A stretch of 64,000 nt of DNA from Heterodontus francisci. Its lineage: Eukaryota. Where the stretch lies: NCBI RefSeq assembly GCF_036365525.1, contig NC_090371.1, forward strand, positions 62,871,654-62,935,653, in the 5' to 3' direction. A program made the translations under genes and the position numbers. Positions 63,756-64,000 of this stretch are shown one piece after another. Each line of letters begins with the position of its first letter. The stretch's first letter is position 1. The notes under the pieces were generated by a model. It worked only from the letters and a program-made list of their open reading frames with translations. It did not search any database and was not told the DNA's origin.

Positions 63756-64000
63756 GAGAATTTTGAGCATGTGATTTTATACTTTCATTTTTTTTTTTAA
63801 ACCCTGCAAAATACCAACAGTAATGAATTTAACTATTCTATTTATACAAATGTATGGTAAATGTAGGAAAAGGCCTAATGCCACAAATACAAGAATATCA
63901 AAACTGGTCAAATATTTTCAAAAATGCCTGAAGTGGAATCCATAGAAAGGTTAAGGCTCTGCTTTAGTACAACATGACACCTGAAGTGTTAAGTCACCTG

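Noticed and set aside
1-64000. CRISPR arrays, operons or prokaryotic defence systems
   Set aside because: The DNA is vertebrate intronic sequence; no regularly spaced repeat-spacer array was seen, and all RT motifs belong to LINE or Penelope elements.

Overview
Eukaryotic genomic DNA. The repeat content (V-SINE/HE1-type SINEs, DeuSINE, CR1/HER1, CR1-Zenon-like, L2 and Penelope elements) points to a cartilaginous fish, most likely a shark; the species cannot be determined here. The only host gene I can support is AMACR (alpha-methylacyl-CoA racemase) on the minus strand. Four coding exons (244, 144, 161 and 187 nt) lie at 63084-62841, 47970-47827, 45414-45254 and 37721-37535. The last coding exon was not found, so intron 4 is probably longer than 37.5 kb. 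Most of the rest is nested, decayed transposable elements: many CR1 and Zenon-like LINEs, L2, Penelope, three SINE families, two PIF/Harbinger elements, a hAT MITE and an LTR fragment. I found no convincing new gene system. The most notable observations are a GC donor on AMACR intron 4, a splice acceptor one base before the AMACR ATG, an 89-bp copy of target-site DNA embedded in a CR1 insertion, a SINE-LINE-SINE chimera, three SINE/LINE tail partnerships, and Penelope hammerhead-ribozyme relics. Exon and TSD coordinates were read base by base; other repeat boundaries are approximate (tens of bp).
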